Below are positions 12,691 through 25,615 of a DNA stretch of 64,000 nucleotides, piece by piece. The position numbers were made by a program, and so were the translations under genes. The notes below the pieces were generated by a model that saw nothing but the letters and a program-made list of their open reading frames with translations, was not told where the DNA came from and made no database searches. The stretch is from Octopus vulgaris (lineage: Eukaryota): NCBI GenBank assembly GCA_951406725.2, contig OX597819.1:79298001-79362000 (forward strand). The letters run 5' to 3'. Numbering within the stretch: position 1 is the stretch's first letter; every line of letters begins with the position of its first letter.

Positions 12691-12720
12691 CATCCATCCA
12701 TCTATCTATCTATCTATCTA
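12243..12720. repeat. (GA)n, (TG)n and (ATCT)n microsatellites
   Basis: Direct reading. Confidence 0.95.
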
Positions 12721-13026
12721 TGGTCTTTTCCGTAGGCTTTTCCTTCCACGGGTAAACCTCACCTGTCCTCCCCTTTACACTTCATATTGACATTTCTGTG
12801 ATTACGATCCCTATTGATCAACTTTTTTTTTCCTCTCCCCTTTTCTTTTTTTTTTCCCTCTCCCACACTATTTTTAATATCCTCCCCTTTTTTTGTCCTC
12901 TTTCTTTCCTTTTACGATCCCTTTTGATCGAAAACCAACCCCTCTTTTTTTTTACCCCTAAAAGAAAAGCTCTACCTTGTAATTTGTTCTGTCTGTGTGC
13001 AGCCCTGTGTGGCTAATAAAGAAACA
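12721..13026 (+). mobile_element. L1/Tx1-like LINE 3' UTR in an (ATCT)n tract
   Basis: Pyrimidine-rich segment ending GCCCTGTGTGGCTAATAAAGAAAC, similar to the 3' end of the ORF-bearing fragment at 26940-27575. Confidence 0.55.
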
Positions 13027-13058
13027 TATCTATATATCTATCTATCTATCTGTCTGTA

Positions 13059-13103
<45 letters not shown>

Positions 13104-13465
13104 GCCTGCCTGCCTGTCTGTCTTGCTAGCTAACTAGCTAAGTATTCATTTATTTATTCACCTGGTTGAGTATCTTGCATGGTATCTGGGTTTATATTAG
13201 TATGATTGTGTCAGCTTAATTCTGTGTGTTTGCATTTATACACGCGCGCGTGCGTCTGAGTGTTTGCGCGTGCGTGTGCGCGCATGTATACGAAATTGCA
13301 ATATATACATGTATTTATAGTGACATTGCGCAGAGCGAGTATGCGCACATGCAATACAATAAAATGTACGTGTACATTAGTTTATATGTATGTGCTTGTG
13401 TAACTGCGTTGCTTGTATATGTATGTATGAACACATATATTTATATATGTATATCTGTATGTGTG

Positions 13466-13498
<33 letters not shown>

Positions 13499-13507
13499 AT
13501 ATATATT

Positions 13508-13542
<35 letters not shown>

Positions 13543-13589
13543 ATATATATGTATGTATGTATATATATACATACTTATATACTTATATA

Positions 13590-13669
<80 letters not shown>

Positions 13670-13755
13670 ATGTATATGTATATATATATATATATCCGTA
13701 TTTTTGTTTGTGAAAGCAAACCTATGTATCGTAGCGTGTGCCGGTATCGAATGCG

Positions 13756-13823
<68 letters not shown>

Positions 13824-14863
13824 TGTGTGTGTGTACGCGCGCACGCGTGTATGTTTGAATGTATGTTGTTTGTAAGTGCGTGAGTGTATATGAATACTCT
13901 GGCTTTTATGTCGATTGACAATTCCATCGTATGTATTGAATTGAATCCCTTGAGGATATCATATAAAGCTATCCGAATTATTACGTGTTGTATTCGATTT
14001 AAGAAGTTAATTACTCAGATTAACGAAAATTCCAGAAATATTTCCTTCCATTTTGTGTTGGAGTCGCTGAGTTTACCGTAATTTTTAATGGACCATTTAT
14101 TGTGATGGTTTTCATTAAGTTCTACCAAACCCCGCGGGCAGACGACATTTCTCAATAATTTTCTATTTGTAAGGCAGTTTATGTAATCACATTCTGTTCG
14201 TGAATTGTTGTTCTTGGTGATTCAAGTTGTGGTTAATATATTTTATGAACAGAAGAGAAGCAACATGAAGGACTGTAATAAGTCTATATAGTTTCGCTTT
14301 AATTCTCACTCGTTGATATAATCTGAAAGAATTAGTAGCTTTGCAGTACAGCGGTAACATTTAATGAAATGGTAATTATTTTCCCACGGAATTGGATAGG
14401 AGAGAATTAAAAACACTTGGGTTCGAATGTGATCATGTGAGTAATGGTTAATAAATAGCATACACTTAAAGTTATAGCTAAATTACTTGACATTGGTAAT
14501 TTCTCCGAAGAAGTGGTTATAAATGTTTTGTCATTCACTGACCCCCATTTGTCGAAGGGCGTTTTGCTAACGTCTCCTTCACACGTTTTTGAAATAAAAA
14601 GTATCGTATCTTCCAGTTTATAAGGAGCATTCTTGCATAAGACAAACCCCTATTTTTCAGGCGTAAAACTATATTTTATAAAAGCAAAAAGGCATATACG
14701 GTAAGGAAAATGAAAAAAAAAAAAATTCCACAGAAGACGGCGAACTGGCAGAATCGTTATTACATCAGCATTTCGTCCGTCGGCATAATGGTTACAGCGT
14801 CGGGCTCATAATCATGAGATGCTGAGTTCAGTTCCTGGGACTCTTTATATATATATATATATT

Positions 14864-15150
14864 GGAGGCGCAATGGCCCAGTGGTTAGGGCAGCGGATTC
14901 GCGGTTTCGATTCCCAGACCGGGCGTCGTGAGTGTTTACTGAGCGAAAACATCTATAGCTCCACGAGGCTCCGGCAGGGGATGGTGGAGATCCCTGCTGT
15001 ACTCTTTCGCCGCAACTTTTTCTCACTCTTTCTTCTGTTGGCCTGCTCGCTTACCCGGCGGGGTGGCGTCATTTGAAGGCTAAAACAATGCGAAGTGCAT
15101 TATGACCAGCGATGTGTAGCAACATCTGATAGCCTGGTAGGTCACGTGAT

Positions 15151-15157
<7 letters not shown>
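14864..15157 (+). mobile_element. tRNA-derived SINE, head X + tail 1
   Basis: GGAGGCGCAATGGCCCAGTGGTTAGG A box, GGTTTCGATTCC B box; flanked by (TA)n. Confidence 0.85.
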
Positions 15158-15208
<51 letters not shown>

Positions 15209-15299
15209 GAAGGAGAAAGAAAACAAAACCAAGGCAGGACGAGCATCATTTAGAATATTTAATTAGAGTAAGGAGAATCGAAAAAGCAGAAATACAAGT

Positions 15300-16980
15300 A
15301 CCTCTGTCTGATTCCTTCTCCTACAAATACCCCTAGGTAGTTGTAGCTCTCCGCTGGTTCTATTTCCTTTATGACATTCTGCTGGTCAAGATTAACATTG
15401 GCTGTTTGTCATTTTTCCTTTGATAAAGGTAGCTCTTGCACACTTATCGAGACCAGATTGCACCCTGATGTCGTCACTGAATTGTTTAACAATCGCTAGT
15501 AAGCCCTGTAGTTGTTGGTCATTTTTCGCAAAGGGCTTTAAATCATCCATGTAACTGAGATGATTTATATTTTTATCAATCATTTTTTAACCGTATTGTA
15601 CATTATTGAGCAATGAGAGTGTTATTAAGGCTGGACAAAAGAGGAGAGGTGATAGAGAATCACCCTGGAAAATGCCACATGAAATTCTTGCATCTCCAGC
15701 ATTAAGAGATTCCTTGTCACTGTTCAAAGTCAGGGTGGTTCTCCAATATCTCATACTTACACACAAGAACTTTCGCAAATCAGGTGCTATTTGCTACATT
15801 TCCAGACATTTCTTAATCCAGCTATGTGGTACGCTATCAAAAGCTTTTTTATAGTCTATCTAGGCTATCGACAAGTTTTTGTGTCGTTTATGACAATTTT
15901 CCAAGACCATCTTATTGATGAGTAGCTGATCTTTACAATCATAAGATCTACATTTACATCCTTTTTGCTCATTAGGAAATATGCCAGTTTCTATTAAAAA
16001 AAACTATAGGTATATTCATTGAAGACATGTTAGCATTTTATACATTGTTGTTAAGCAGGTTATGGGTCTATAATTTGTTTCTTCATTTTTTGGAAGTAGG
16101 AATGTTACACCATTAACTAGCCAAGAAGGAATCATTCTAGGTTGTTACAAAACATTGTTGTAAAGTTTTGTTAGTGGTTCATGGTTCTCTGGGAAGGCAT
16201 TCAACCAGGATTAAGGAATTTTATCCTTTCATGGAGACTTCCATTTGCTTAATTCCCTGAGATTATATCTTACGTCCTCTACCTTGATACCCTCCCACTT
16301 TTACTCTTCTAAGGAGTCTAAGTCTGTAAATATTTTATCAATCCAAGGGGCCTTTTCATTGTGTGTATTTTCTTCAGCCCAAATTTTATTCCAAAATTCC
16401 TGCACTTCTTCTTTTGATGGGACAGACTTTACTGTAACTGGTATTTTCCTTATCTTCTTGTAAAAATTTCTTTATTTTTGAACATGTTGTTGTCCTTGAA
16501 GAATCTAATACACTTTTCATACCTTGATATGCGGGCATCTTTAGCACATACCTTTTGCTTGATGGTTTCTATGGTGGTATCAATGTCAAATATGGTTTTC
16601 ATATAGTCTTGTCTAACTTAAGGTTTTTTAAACATTCTATGTCAGACCTAAGTAGCTTAATTTGGTGTTGAATACGCTCTTGCCAAGTAGGCTTTTTGTG
16701 GGAATGTTGTCGTTTTCTAAGCTTTTCACCACATAAAATCGTTGAGATGCATAGTACAGGTGGTTGAGATCTGTAATATCAACATTATTAGCTGAAAATA
16801 TATCCTTAAGTGCAAGGCGGATTTTGCCAATTATTTTCAGGTTTTGGTTAGAACTGCAAATTTTTGGGAGAGTGTCGCGTTCTTTTATACTTGTTTCTTT
16901 AATTTTCAGCCATTCAATCATGATTTTATTTTTTAGATCATTTACTTCTGTTGAGTCAATTTCTGTGTGATTTTCTTCGT
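15300..16980 (-). mobile_element. R4/Dong-like (REL endonuclease) LINE, N-terminal + RT pseudogene
   Basis: IDYKKAFDSVPHSWI, GIFQGDSLSPLLFC, HLSYMDDLKPFAKN, GLDKCARATF; frameshifted. Confidence 0.88.
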
Positions 16981-16985
16981 TATTA

Positions 16986-17057
<72 letters not shown>

Positions 17058-17289
17058 GACAGAAAGAAGAGCGCAATGCGATTTGTAATTGATTGTTTAT
17101 GTAATGGTTTGAACGATATTATGACATATCATCTTTCCTCCTCAGGTTGAAAATTTAATATGAAAATGAAAACAATCGCAGAAACACAGAAATTCAAAAT
17201 ATAAGCGAGGAACAACGACAACAACAACAACAACAACAACAATAAGAACAGCAGCAGCAACAACAACAACAACAATTATAATAACCATA

Positions 17290-17870
17290 AATCGTGACTT
17301 CACATCGATATGACTGTCCCAATCGACATAGATGAGCAAGTATAAAAATCTTGAAATAGAAATTGGTAAAATGTGGAACCTCAAGACAAAAACAATACCT
17401 GTTGTAATAGGTACCATAGGAATGAGAGCAAAAGGAGCTGATTGCTACCTAACTCAGATACCAGGGAATCCCAAAATGTAAGACATTAAAAAAATAGTGC
17501 ACATGGGAACTGCCCATATCTTACGTAAGGTATTATTTATGTAATTCCCCCAAATATTTTAATACGTAATCAGTGTCAAAATATTTTCCCTTTTTACAAC
17601 AAATACCTTTTACTGTCATCGTAACATCAGACTCTCATATTACAATCAAATTAATTTTTGAAACAATCTTCTAATTTATTTAGCTATTGACAGACTTTCT
17701 CTAGAACAATATTCTGTACAACCAAATATATGGCATCCTAGTCATAAGATCAACTTGAATTTCTAACTTGTTGTCTCTTGAGGTCCCTGGGTGAGACTTG
17801 GAGTCAACTTGTACAAATACAAAGCAAACGTCAAACAGAATAACAACAACAACAACAACAACAACAACAA
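17290..17870 (+). mobile_element. R4/Dong-like LINE, REL endonuclease end + 3' UTR + (AAC)n tail
   Basis: IDMTVPID, KYKNLEIEIGKMWNLKTKTIPVVIGTIGM, GTAHILRKVL. Confidence 0.82.
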
Positions 17871-17941
17871 CGATCTATCTATCTGTCTATTTTTCTGTCT
17901 GTCTGTCTGCCTGCCTGCCTGTCTGTCTGTCTGTATGCCTG

Positions 17942-18034
<93 letters not shown>

Positions 18035-18036
18035 AC

Positions 18037-18164
18037 ACGACGGTCTTTCAGTTTCCGTCCATCAAAGTAACTCACAAGGCTTTGGTCGGCCCGGAACTAA
18101 AGTAGAGGACACCTGTCCAAGGTATCACGTAATGAGACTGATCCCAAAATTATGTAGTTGGGAA
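18037..18164 (-). mobile_element. SINE family A, 5' half (decayed)
   Basis: Matches the family A core. Confidence 0.65.
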
Positions 18165-18237
18165 ATGAGGAAAAGAAAACGGAAAAGAAAGAAACAGGAA
18201 ACCTTGCCCAGGCTTGCGTGCAGAGAAAGGGTCCACC

Positions 18238-18283
18238 CTTACTGATGAATACCCGAGGTGTAGAAATGCCTCGTTGTATAATG
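18238..18283 (+). ncRNA. Candidate hammerhead ribozyme
   Basis: TTA-CTGATGA-A-TAC..GTA-GAAA-TG..TGTA-TAA; short, wobble-rich stems. Confidence 0.4.
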
Positions 18284-18471
18284 ATGTATCACTGATCTTC
18301 GAGCAACAATTTTTAGAATTTTCGCTGCCGTGTTGATGATAATAGCGATGATGATATTGATGATGATGTCGACTTCAAAAGCGATAATGTTGTTACTGTT
18401 GCCGTATTACTCTTGTGTAGCCTCCAGCACTTCTACGACACGTTGCTACAGCGAACGAATGACAGGGCATG

Positions 18472-18593
18472 ATCCGCAGATCAGGCATTGTTAAGAGCTT
18501 GAGGTCAAGCCAAGAATCAAGGAAACTGTTATGCAATATATTGACCTACTTCACAGGTTACCTCAAGCTCTTAACAATTCCTGATCTGCGGAT
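18472..18593. repeat. 34-bp inverted repeat, 54-nt spacer
   Basis: ATCCGCAGATCAGG(C/A)ATTGTTAAGAGCTTGAGGT at 18472-18505; reverse complement at 18560-18593. Confidence 0.9.
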
Positions 18594-18602
18594 ATAATTA
18601 TA

Positions 18603-19169
18603 TTGGGTTGTCCGGAAAGTTCATGCCGATTTTTAAAGGAAAGAAAAAGGTCAATTAATACTTGCCATTACATTTTAAATCAACCAAATACGAACCATTT
18701 TGTTGTACAATGTGTTTCCATCTTTCCTTTAACTTGAAAATACCACTCTCCCAGAACTGAGATGGTTTCATGGCAAAGAATTCATCAAGGTATCTTTTTA
18801 CGTCATCCAAGGAATTGAAATTTTTACCATTAAGACTATTCTGTAGAGATCTGAATAAGTGGAAATCCGAAGGAGCAATATCTGGTGAATATGGAGGGTG
18901 GGGTAACACATCCCAGCCGAGCTGCAGCAATTTTTGTCTGGTTCCCAAAGCATCAAGTGCCGAAAATGAACTTTCTTATCTTCCATTTTAAAGGGTTACA
19001 GAATTAACACAGATTATAGGAACATTAAACCTTCTTCCACGAAAAGATAGCTTAAACTGTGCTCTAAATTGAGGTATAGTCAAATCCTATTTCATGGACT
19101 CAACCATGTTCTAAAATATGTCGAAAGGTAAGCTACTATAAATCGGCACGAACTTTCCAGACAACCCAA
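18603..19169 (-). mobile_element. Mariner internal-deletion derivative with both TIRs and TA TSD
   Basis: TIR TTGGGTTGTC(C/T)GGAAAGTTC(A/G)TGCCGATT at both ends, TA at 18601 and 19170; MEDKKVHFRHLML start joined to WDVLPHPPYSPDIAPSDFHLF C-terminus. Confidence 0.93.
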
Positions 19170-19341
19170 TATTTTTGTGATCATGTAGATGTTGTACTAC
19201 ACTTTGACAATTTTTGATATCTTGTCATCTGAAGCAGCTGGAGATACGATAGTTTGACCGAAAGAACTGGTTATTGCAAGCAATAATAAATACGTATTTG
19301 ACCAAATTTGGACATACGACAGATTAACATAATAACAACGA

Positions 19342-19414
<73 letters not shown>

Positions 19415-19420
<6 letters not shown>

Positions 19421-19635
19421 GGAAGGTTCTGAGCGTTTTTAATTGCAAAAAGGGATAAAAATAATATTCCATCAGCATAAATTTGACTGGTTTTGAGGAG
19501 AAAAAGTTATCTAGCTGCATTTTGACTCCATCTAAATCGTTAAATGTTTTTCCTTGCGATGAGTTCTGTAGAGACAAAAACAAGTTGTAGTCGGATGGCA
19601 CAATATCAGGAGAATATGGCGGATGGGGTAAGATA
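19415..19635 (-). mobile_element. Mariner transposase 3' fragment
   Basis: HPPYSPDIVPSDYNLFLSLQN. Confidence 0.8.
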
Positions 19636-20326
19636 ATTGTAGACTTTCTCTCTTCCTTCCCTTATTCTCTCTCTCTCTCTCTCTTTCTCCTTCTCTCACA
19701 TTATGCTACTTCCCTTCTATCTGCTGCCCACACGTGAGCCTTAACTGATTTTCTGTCTTCTGCTTTTTCGCCACCGGACGCCTAGAGTGCTGGTCAGCTT
19801 TCTTTCCTCTCTTAATAATCCTATTTTTATATCCATTTGAGGAATTCTTTCAAGCGTTAATCCATCATTCTAGTATTCGGCCGAAAGGTGTTATTTATTG
19901 TCTTCGACTATCGTTTCAGATTACATTTGTCTACTTTCGTACGTCCACCTTCTGTCGTTTTGTTTGCCTGAGCCCTAATTCTTCGCAAATCTTGCGGGTG
20001 CCGCCAATATACGAAGTTCTCAGTCTTATCGTGAAGGGCACGACACTGGGTATTAGTGGTTTTGGTCGATAACTCATGAAGCATTAGGGCCCTTGTGTCT
20101 GTCCTACACGTACCTTTTGTAGTATTAAGTTACTGGCCGAAACCCATCAAAGTTATCAAAGTGACACACACACTTACACATACCACACACACATTATTGT
20201 AGAATAATTCTTACATAATTACACAGACACCAACGCATTTATATGTGGATATATAGATATGTAAACGCACACATATGTATGTATATATATGTATATATGT
20301 ACATATATGTACACACAGACACACAG

Positions 20327-20373
<47 letters not shown>

Positions 20374-21239
20374 TACATACGATATATATATATATATATG
20401 TGTGTGTATGTGTGTGTGTGTGTGTTTACAGATGATTCTACATTATGTATTGTTATAGCTCTTGATTTCTATAATTGTAACAGCTACTTAAGACGATAAT
20501 TGATGCTTTCTTTTGTTTTTCTTTATGTTCCTTTTCATTTTCCGTTATCACTCAGGCCTCACCCCCAAAAACCCACCCCACTCTACTAAACCGATTGAAA
20601 AATCATTATTCCGACTTCGTCATCCTCCTCCTCAGACTCATCCTTGCCCTCCCCCAATCCATCTCTCATATCCACTTTCAATATTTTAGACTTCGGCAAA
20701 GATATCGAAATATTGATTACTAATAGATAATTTTCATGTAATTAATATTGTTTAAAATACTAACGCACGCATGTACACACACACACACATACACACACAC
20801 ATACACACACACACTCTCTCACACACACACTCTCTCACACACACATGCACAAATGCATGTATAACATACATCCAAACCGAAGTACATTATATACCTATAT
20901 ACCTATATATATGTGTATACATATGATGCATATATATATATGATACCGCTCTATATATATATATGTATATATGCACAGATACACACAAACACACACATAT
21001 ATGTATATGTTTCTATATATACTGTATATATATATATATACATATACACAGACAGACACAATATATATAGAAACTTATACATACATGTGCGATTATTCTT
21101 AATATTATATTTATCTTACATTATATCGGTTCAACCCCGAATAACAGGCTAACTAACCAACATCATAAGACGGTAGCTGGCATGATGGAATAGGAGCTGT
21201 AGATGCATATTCAAAACGGTTCCCATAAACAAATTTAAA

Positions 21240-21316
<77 letters not shown>

Positions 21317-21318
21317 TA

Positions 21319-21420
21319 CGCTGGTCTTTCAGTTTCCGTCTACCAAATCCACTCACAAAGCTTTGGTCGGCTCGAGGCTATATTAGAAAACACTTGCCCA
21401 AGGTGCCACCCAGTGGGACT
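21319..21420 (-). mobile_element. SINE family A core fragment
   Basis: Sequence match to other copies. Confidence 0.7.
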
Positions 21421-21885
21421 TTGCCATTTATCCTTCGCGGTCGATCGAATGAGTGACACTCATTCTATATTTGCTCTTTTGGGAACTCAAAACATAAGGA
21501 GAGGAGTCGTAGTAATACTTCAATAAAACTACAGCAATTTTTATTTCCTTCATTGACAAAAGACATCAATCATGTTGGGGGCGACAGACATGACCATTAC
21601 TTAGTTATTAATTTCTTGAAATTATCTCCCCTTTTCAGTGTGAGACGCTATCGCTGGCAGCAAGAGTTCAAATTTCTTTCTCCAAAGAAGTGATAGACTT
21701 CGATTCATACAGAAGTTTTCTTTAGGCGTGCATCATTCAGTACATATGCATATACTTAATCTGAACTCAGCTGGGTTATGTCCTTTTATTCCATTTTGAC
21801 GTAACAGATTACAAATCACTGTTGCCCTAAAATTTTCGTCTAAAAAATATTTTCCCTACTAATCTGGTGAGTTTGTACTGACTGC

Positions 21886-21930
21886 GATTCACTGATGAGA
21901 TCCAATAAGATAGAAAACGGTCTGTTAATC
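21886..21930 (+). ncRNA. Decayed hammerhead motif
   Basis: CA-CTGATGA-GATC..GATA-GAAAACGGTC-TG; one change each in stem II closure and stem III. Confidence 0.45.
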
Positions 21931-22327
21931 TCAACGTTTTACGAAAATAAGATAAATTTTCTTTAGTGGATTCTGCAATTTCCGCTAGACTTTTGATATC
22001 TTTCTCTAATTAATGTGCAGATAGCTTCAATCATATAAGAAATTTCTGTGTACAACATTCAGTACAACATCACCGACCTCATTTATTGTAATAATTCTAG
22101 AGAAAAAAACGGACAAAATATATTTTGTGAGTAATTGAACTCGAAAAGTTGTTGAATGTAACTAAATAATAAGTTATTCAGTTCGATGTTCAAGAACTCC
22201 ACCACTCTGAATATAGAACAACAGTAGCAATAACTATAAATATAACTAAGACAAACACATATTCACATAAAAGTAGACACACACACATGTCTTTAAACAT
22301 ACATACATACATACATACATACATACA

Positions 22328-22359
<32 letters not shown>

Positions 22360-23107
22360 GATATATATACATTTGTATACACACAACACATATATAGTTA
22401 CATAGATAGATATACACCTACAAATTCATATACATATGCGGTCACAAATATACATAGATGCATGTATATATACATATAAGCATATGTATGTATACCTATA
22501 TAGAAATAGTAAGAGCGAAAGTACCACATCTAACACGATCATCAATAACAGCGATTAAAATAACACAAGAGGAAAAAAGAACAACAAAAATAAAAACCCA
22601 CATCAAAAACAAGGAAGGCGACGATGACAACAAGAACAAGCACAAAGCCAAAAGAAAAAAACCAGTAGCAAAAAAAAAATGAAAAACAAAACAAGAAAAA
22701 ATCAGCAACAAAAAAATCCTACAAAACTATTTACAAATGAGTACTACATCGCCATCCAGCGCCCGACCCGGAAATCACCCCCGCTTCCGCCTATCTGACA
22801 TCTCAATTCAAAATAGTGTGTGTGGTGACGCTATAGACAAAATTATATTATAACGTCCATTTTGTTGGAGGTTGTTTTTAATGGCGGTTTTACGTTGGCG
22901 CCATTAACTTGTGATAAAAATATGATGGAACTTTTTAAGTGTTATGTTAGTCTTATTAATGGTTATTTTCTCTTTAAAAAATATTATAGGTGTGTATGCA
23001 TCTATATGATACGTCTACTTCTCAGTGTCCATTTAGCGTCTGTGTGTGTCAATATTCGTGCACATGTTTGTGTGTGGATATGTTTATAGATATGTAAATC
23101 TATATGC

Positions 23108-23158
<51 letters not shown>

Positions 23159-23159
23159 A

Positions 23160-23231
<72 letters not shown>

Positions 23232-23244
23232 GTATACGCACCCA

Positions 23245-23278
<34 letters not shown>

Positions 23279-23286
23279 CACATACA

Positions 23287-23320
<34 letters not shown>

Positions 23321-23445
23321 TAATAAATATATATATATATAAATAAATAAATATATATATATATTTATATATATATATACGTAGTAGGTATGTATGAATA
23401 TGCTTATATCTGTGCATATATATATATATATATTTATATACTATA

Positions 23446-23556
<111 letters not shown>

Positions 23557-23928
23557 TAATAAAGACAAAATACCCAAAGCACACGAACATTTCCTCAGTT
23601 TATTATTTTATATATATTATATATAATATATATCTATATATACAAATATATGTATGTATAAACGTATACATATTTATATATATAAATATGTTTAGATCTA
23701 TATATATATGTGTGCGTGCGTGCGTGTGCATGCGTGTGTGTATGTGCACTATAAACTTAGACAGAAATATAACATTGAAGACATATTTATGAGAGTATAT
23801 AAAAATATGAGCATAGTTTCCTTGTGTGTGTGTGCGTTGTGTGTGCGTATGTTTGTGTATATTTATGTATTGTGTAAATATAAACGCATATGTTTACGTG
23901 AATTTTTGTGCATACATAATCATGAATA

Positions 23929-23973
<45 letters not shown>

Positions 23974-23974
23974 G

Positions 23975-24027
<53 letters not shown>

Positions 24028-24131
24028 TTATATATAAATGTATATGACGGCTGAAAGCTACAAATTTTTTTTTCATTTTCTCTGTTTTCTCTCTCTCTAC
24101 ATATATATATGCTTTCAGCTATATATATATG

Positions 24132-24166
<35 letters not shown>

Positions 24167-24207
24167 GAGTGCGTGTGTGTTTATGCCTTCTGCAAAAATT
24201 CATCTTC

Positions 24208-24244
<37 letters not shown>

Positions 24245-25059
24245 TACTTACATTTGACGGATATTTGTCCTCATCTTTTTTGTTGTTAGTACAATGTTTC
24301 GGCTGATGTACTCTCCAGCCTTCATCAAGTGTCCTGGGGTAATTTTGAACCTGTGTTCTCATTTCTAAGGTGTTTTTCCGATGTTATTATTTTAATTCAG
24401 GTCACTGAATAATAATAATAATAGAACTCAGAATCCTAACCCTACGCCACATGCTCGTGGGCAATAATTTTAGGGCTTATAAATCTAATATTTTCCTATC
24501 TTTCCATAACACCAGTTCCCATATGCTACTCATATCCGCACTCGGTCTGCTCAGGAGGTTGTTGTGTCTTAACACATGTGTTGCCTCTTTTAGTTTTCGC
24601 ATTTTCCAGTGGTGTTCTCTGTCTATTATTTCAAATTCATCCCGCAGGGAGAAGTGGTCTCCGTTTTTCCATACATGATCAGCTATACCCGATTTATCGA
24701 TATCTCCTCGTGTCACAGCTTTGCGATGTTCCTCTACCCTTATTTTGAGGGGGTGGTATGTTTCGCCTTTGTATAACTTACCACAGCTGCATGGGATGGA
24801 GTACACTCAGTCTTTGGTCATATTCTCTTCTATTGGTGGTTTTACTCGAAGGAGATATTTGCGAAGTGTTGTATTACTCTTGAATACTGGTCTGATGTCG
24901 TATGGACCGCATATCTTTTGTATCTTTTCGGAGAGGCCTTTCATATAGGGTAGGCAGACTGTGGTCAGTTTATGGGTTTCATCCTCTCTTCTCTTCATAA
25001 TTGGAGTGGACAGTATCTTTTGGGGGTAGTTGTTACTTAATAGATTGTTACTTAGCTTG

Positions 25060-25062
<3 letters not shown>
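24245..25062 (-). mobile_element. Penelope-like element 3' part: GIY-YIG ORF end + 3' region with tRNA-like segment and hammerhead
   Basis: VCLPYMKGLSEKIQKIC, VYSIPCSCGKLYKGET, RKLKEA; downstream GACAC-TTGATGA-AGGCTG..CAGCC-GAAAC; bounded by (TA)n on both sides. Confidence 0.9.
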
Positions 25063-25096
<34 letters not shown>

Positions 25097-25197
25097 TTCT
25101 GACAACGCCAAACGCCAATAAACACACGCACTCATACCAAGCATATAAACGTGTCTTAGATTTCTTCATTAAACTCTAAATTCCTCCTCCTCCTTCC

Positions 25198-25347
<150 letters not shown>

Positions 25348-25359
25348 GTTTTGTTTTGC

Positions 25360-25615
25360 TGTTGTTGATTAGCCTCAGGTCAGTTCTGATCGAGTAGTCC
25401 TTATACTTTACTTCCAGATTCTTAATCGTCGAAAGTCATTCCGTTCATGAACATCCCATTTGATTTTCAGGTAAAATCTAACCCTGATTACATTATGAAA
25501 TCTATCCATTTTCTTTGCAAAAAAAAAAAAAAGAAAAAAGAAATAATGGTTTGGTTTGGTTTACAATAGATTTGTCTAATATTTCTCGCAGATCCAACGG
25601 ACACATAGAAAATAC
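25360..25615. mobile_element. Old SINE-like relic (related copies near 12005-12190, 39420-39620, 49935-50400, 53000-53150)
   Basis: Shared degenerate motifs TAGCC..AGGTCAG..CTGATCGAG and AGATTTGG..ATATTT. Confidence 0.4.

Noticed and set aside
14864-14925. tRNA gene candidates (also 48200-48271, 52483-52560, 10465-10530)
   Set aside because: A/B boxes are present but no complete cloverleaf or terminator; they continue into repeat bodies, so they are SINE or retroelement heads
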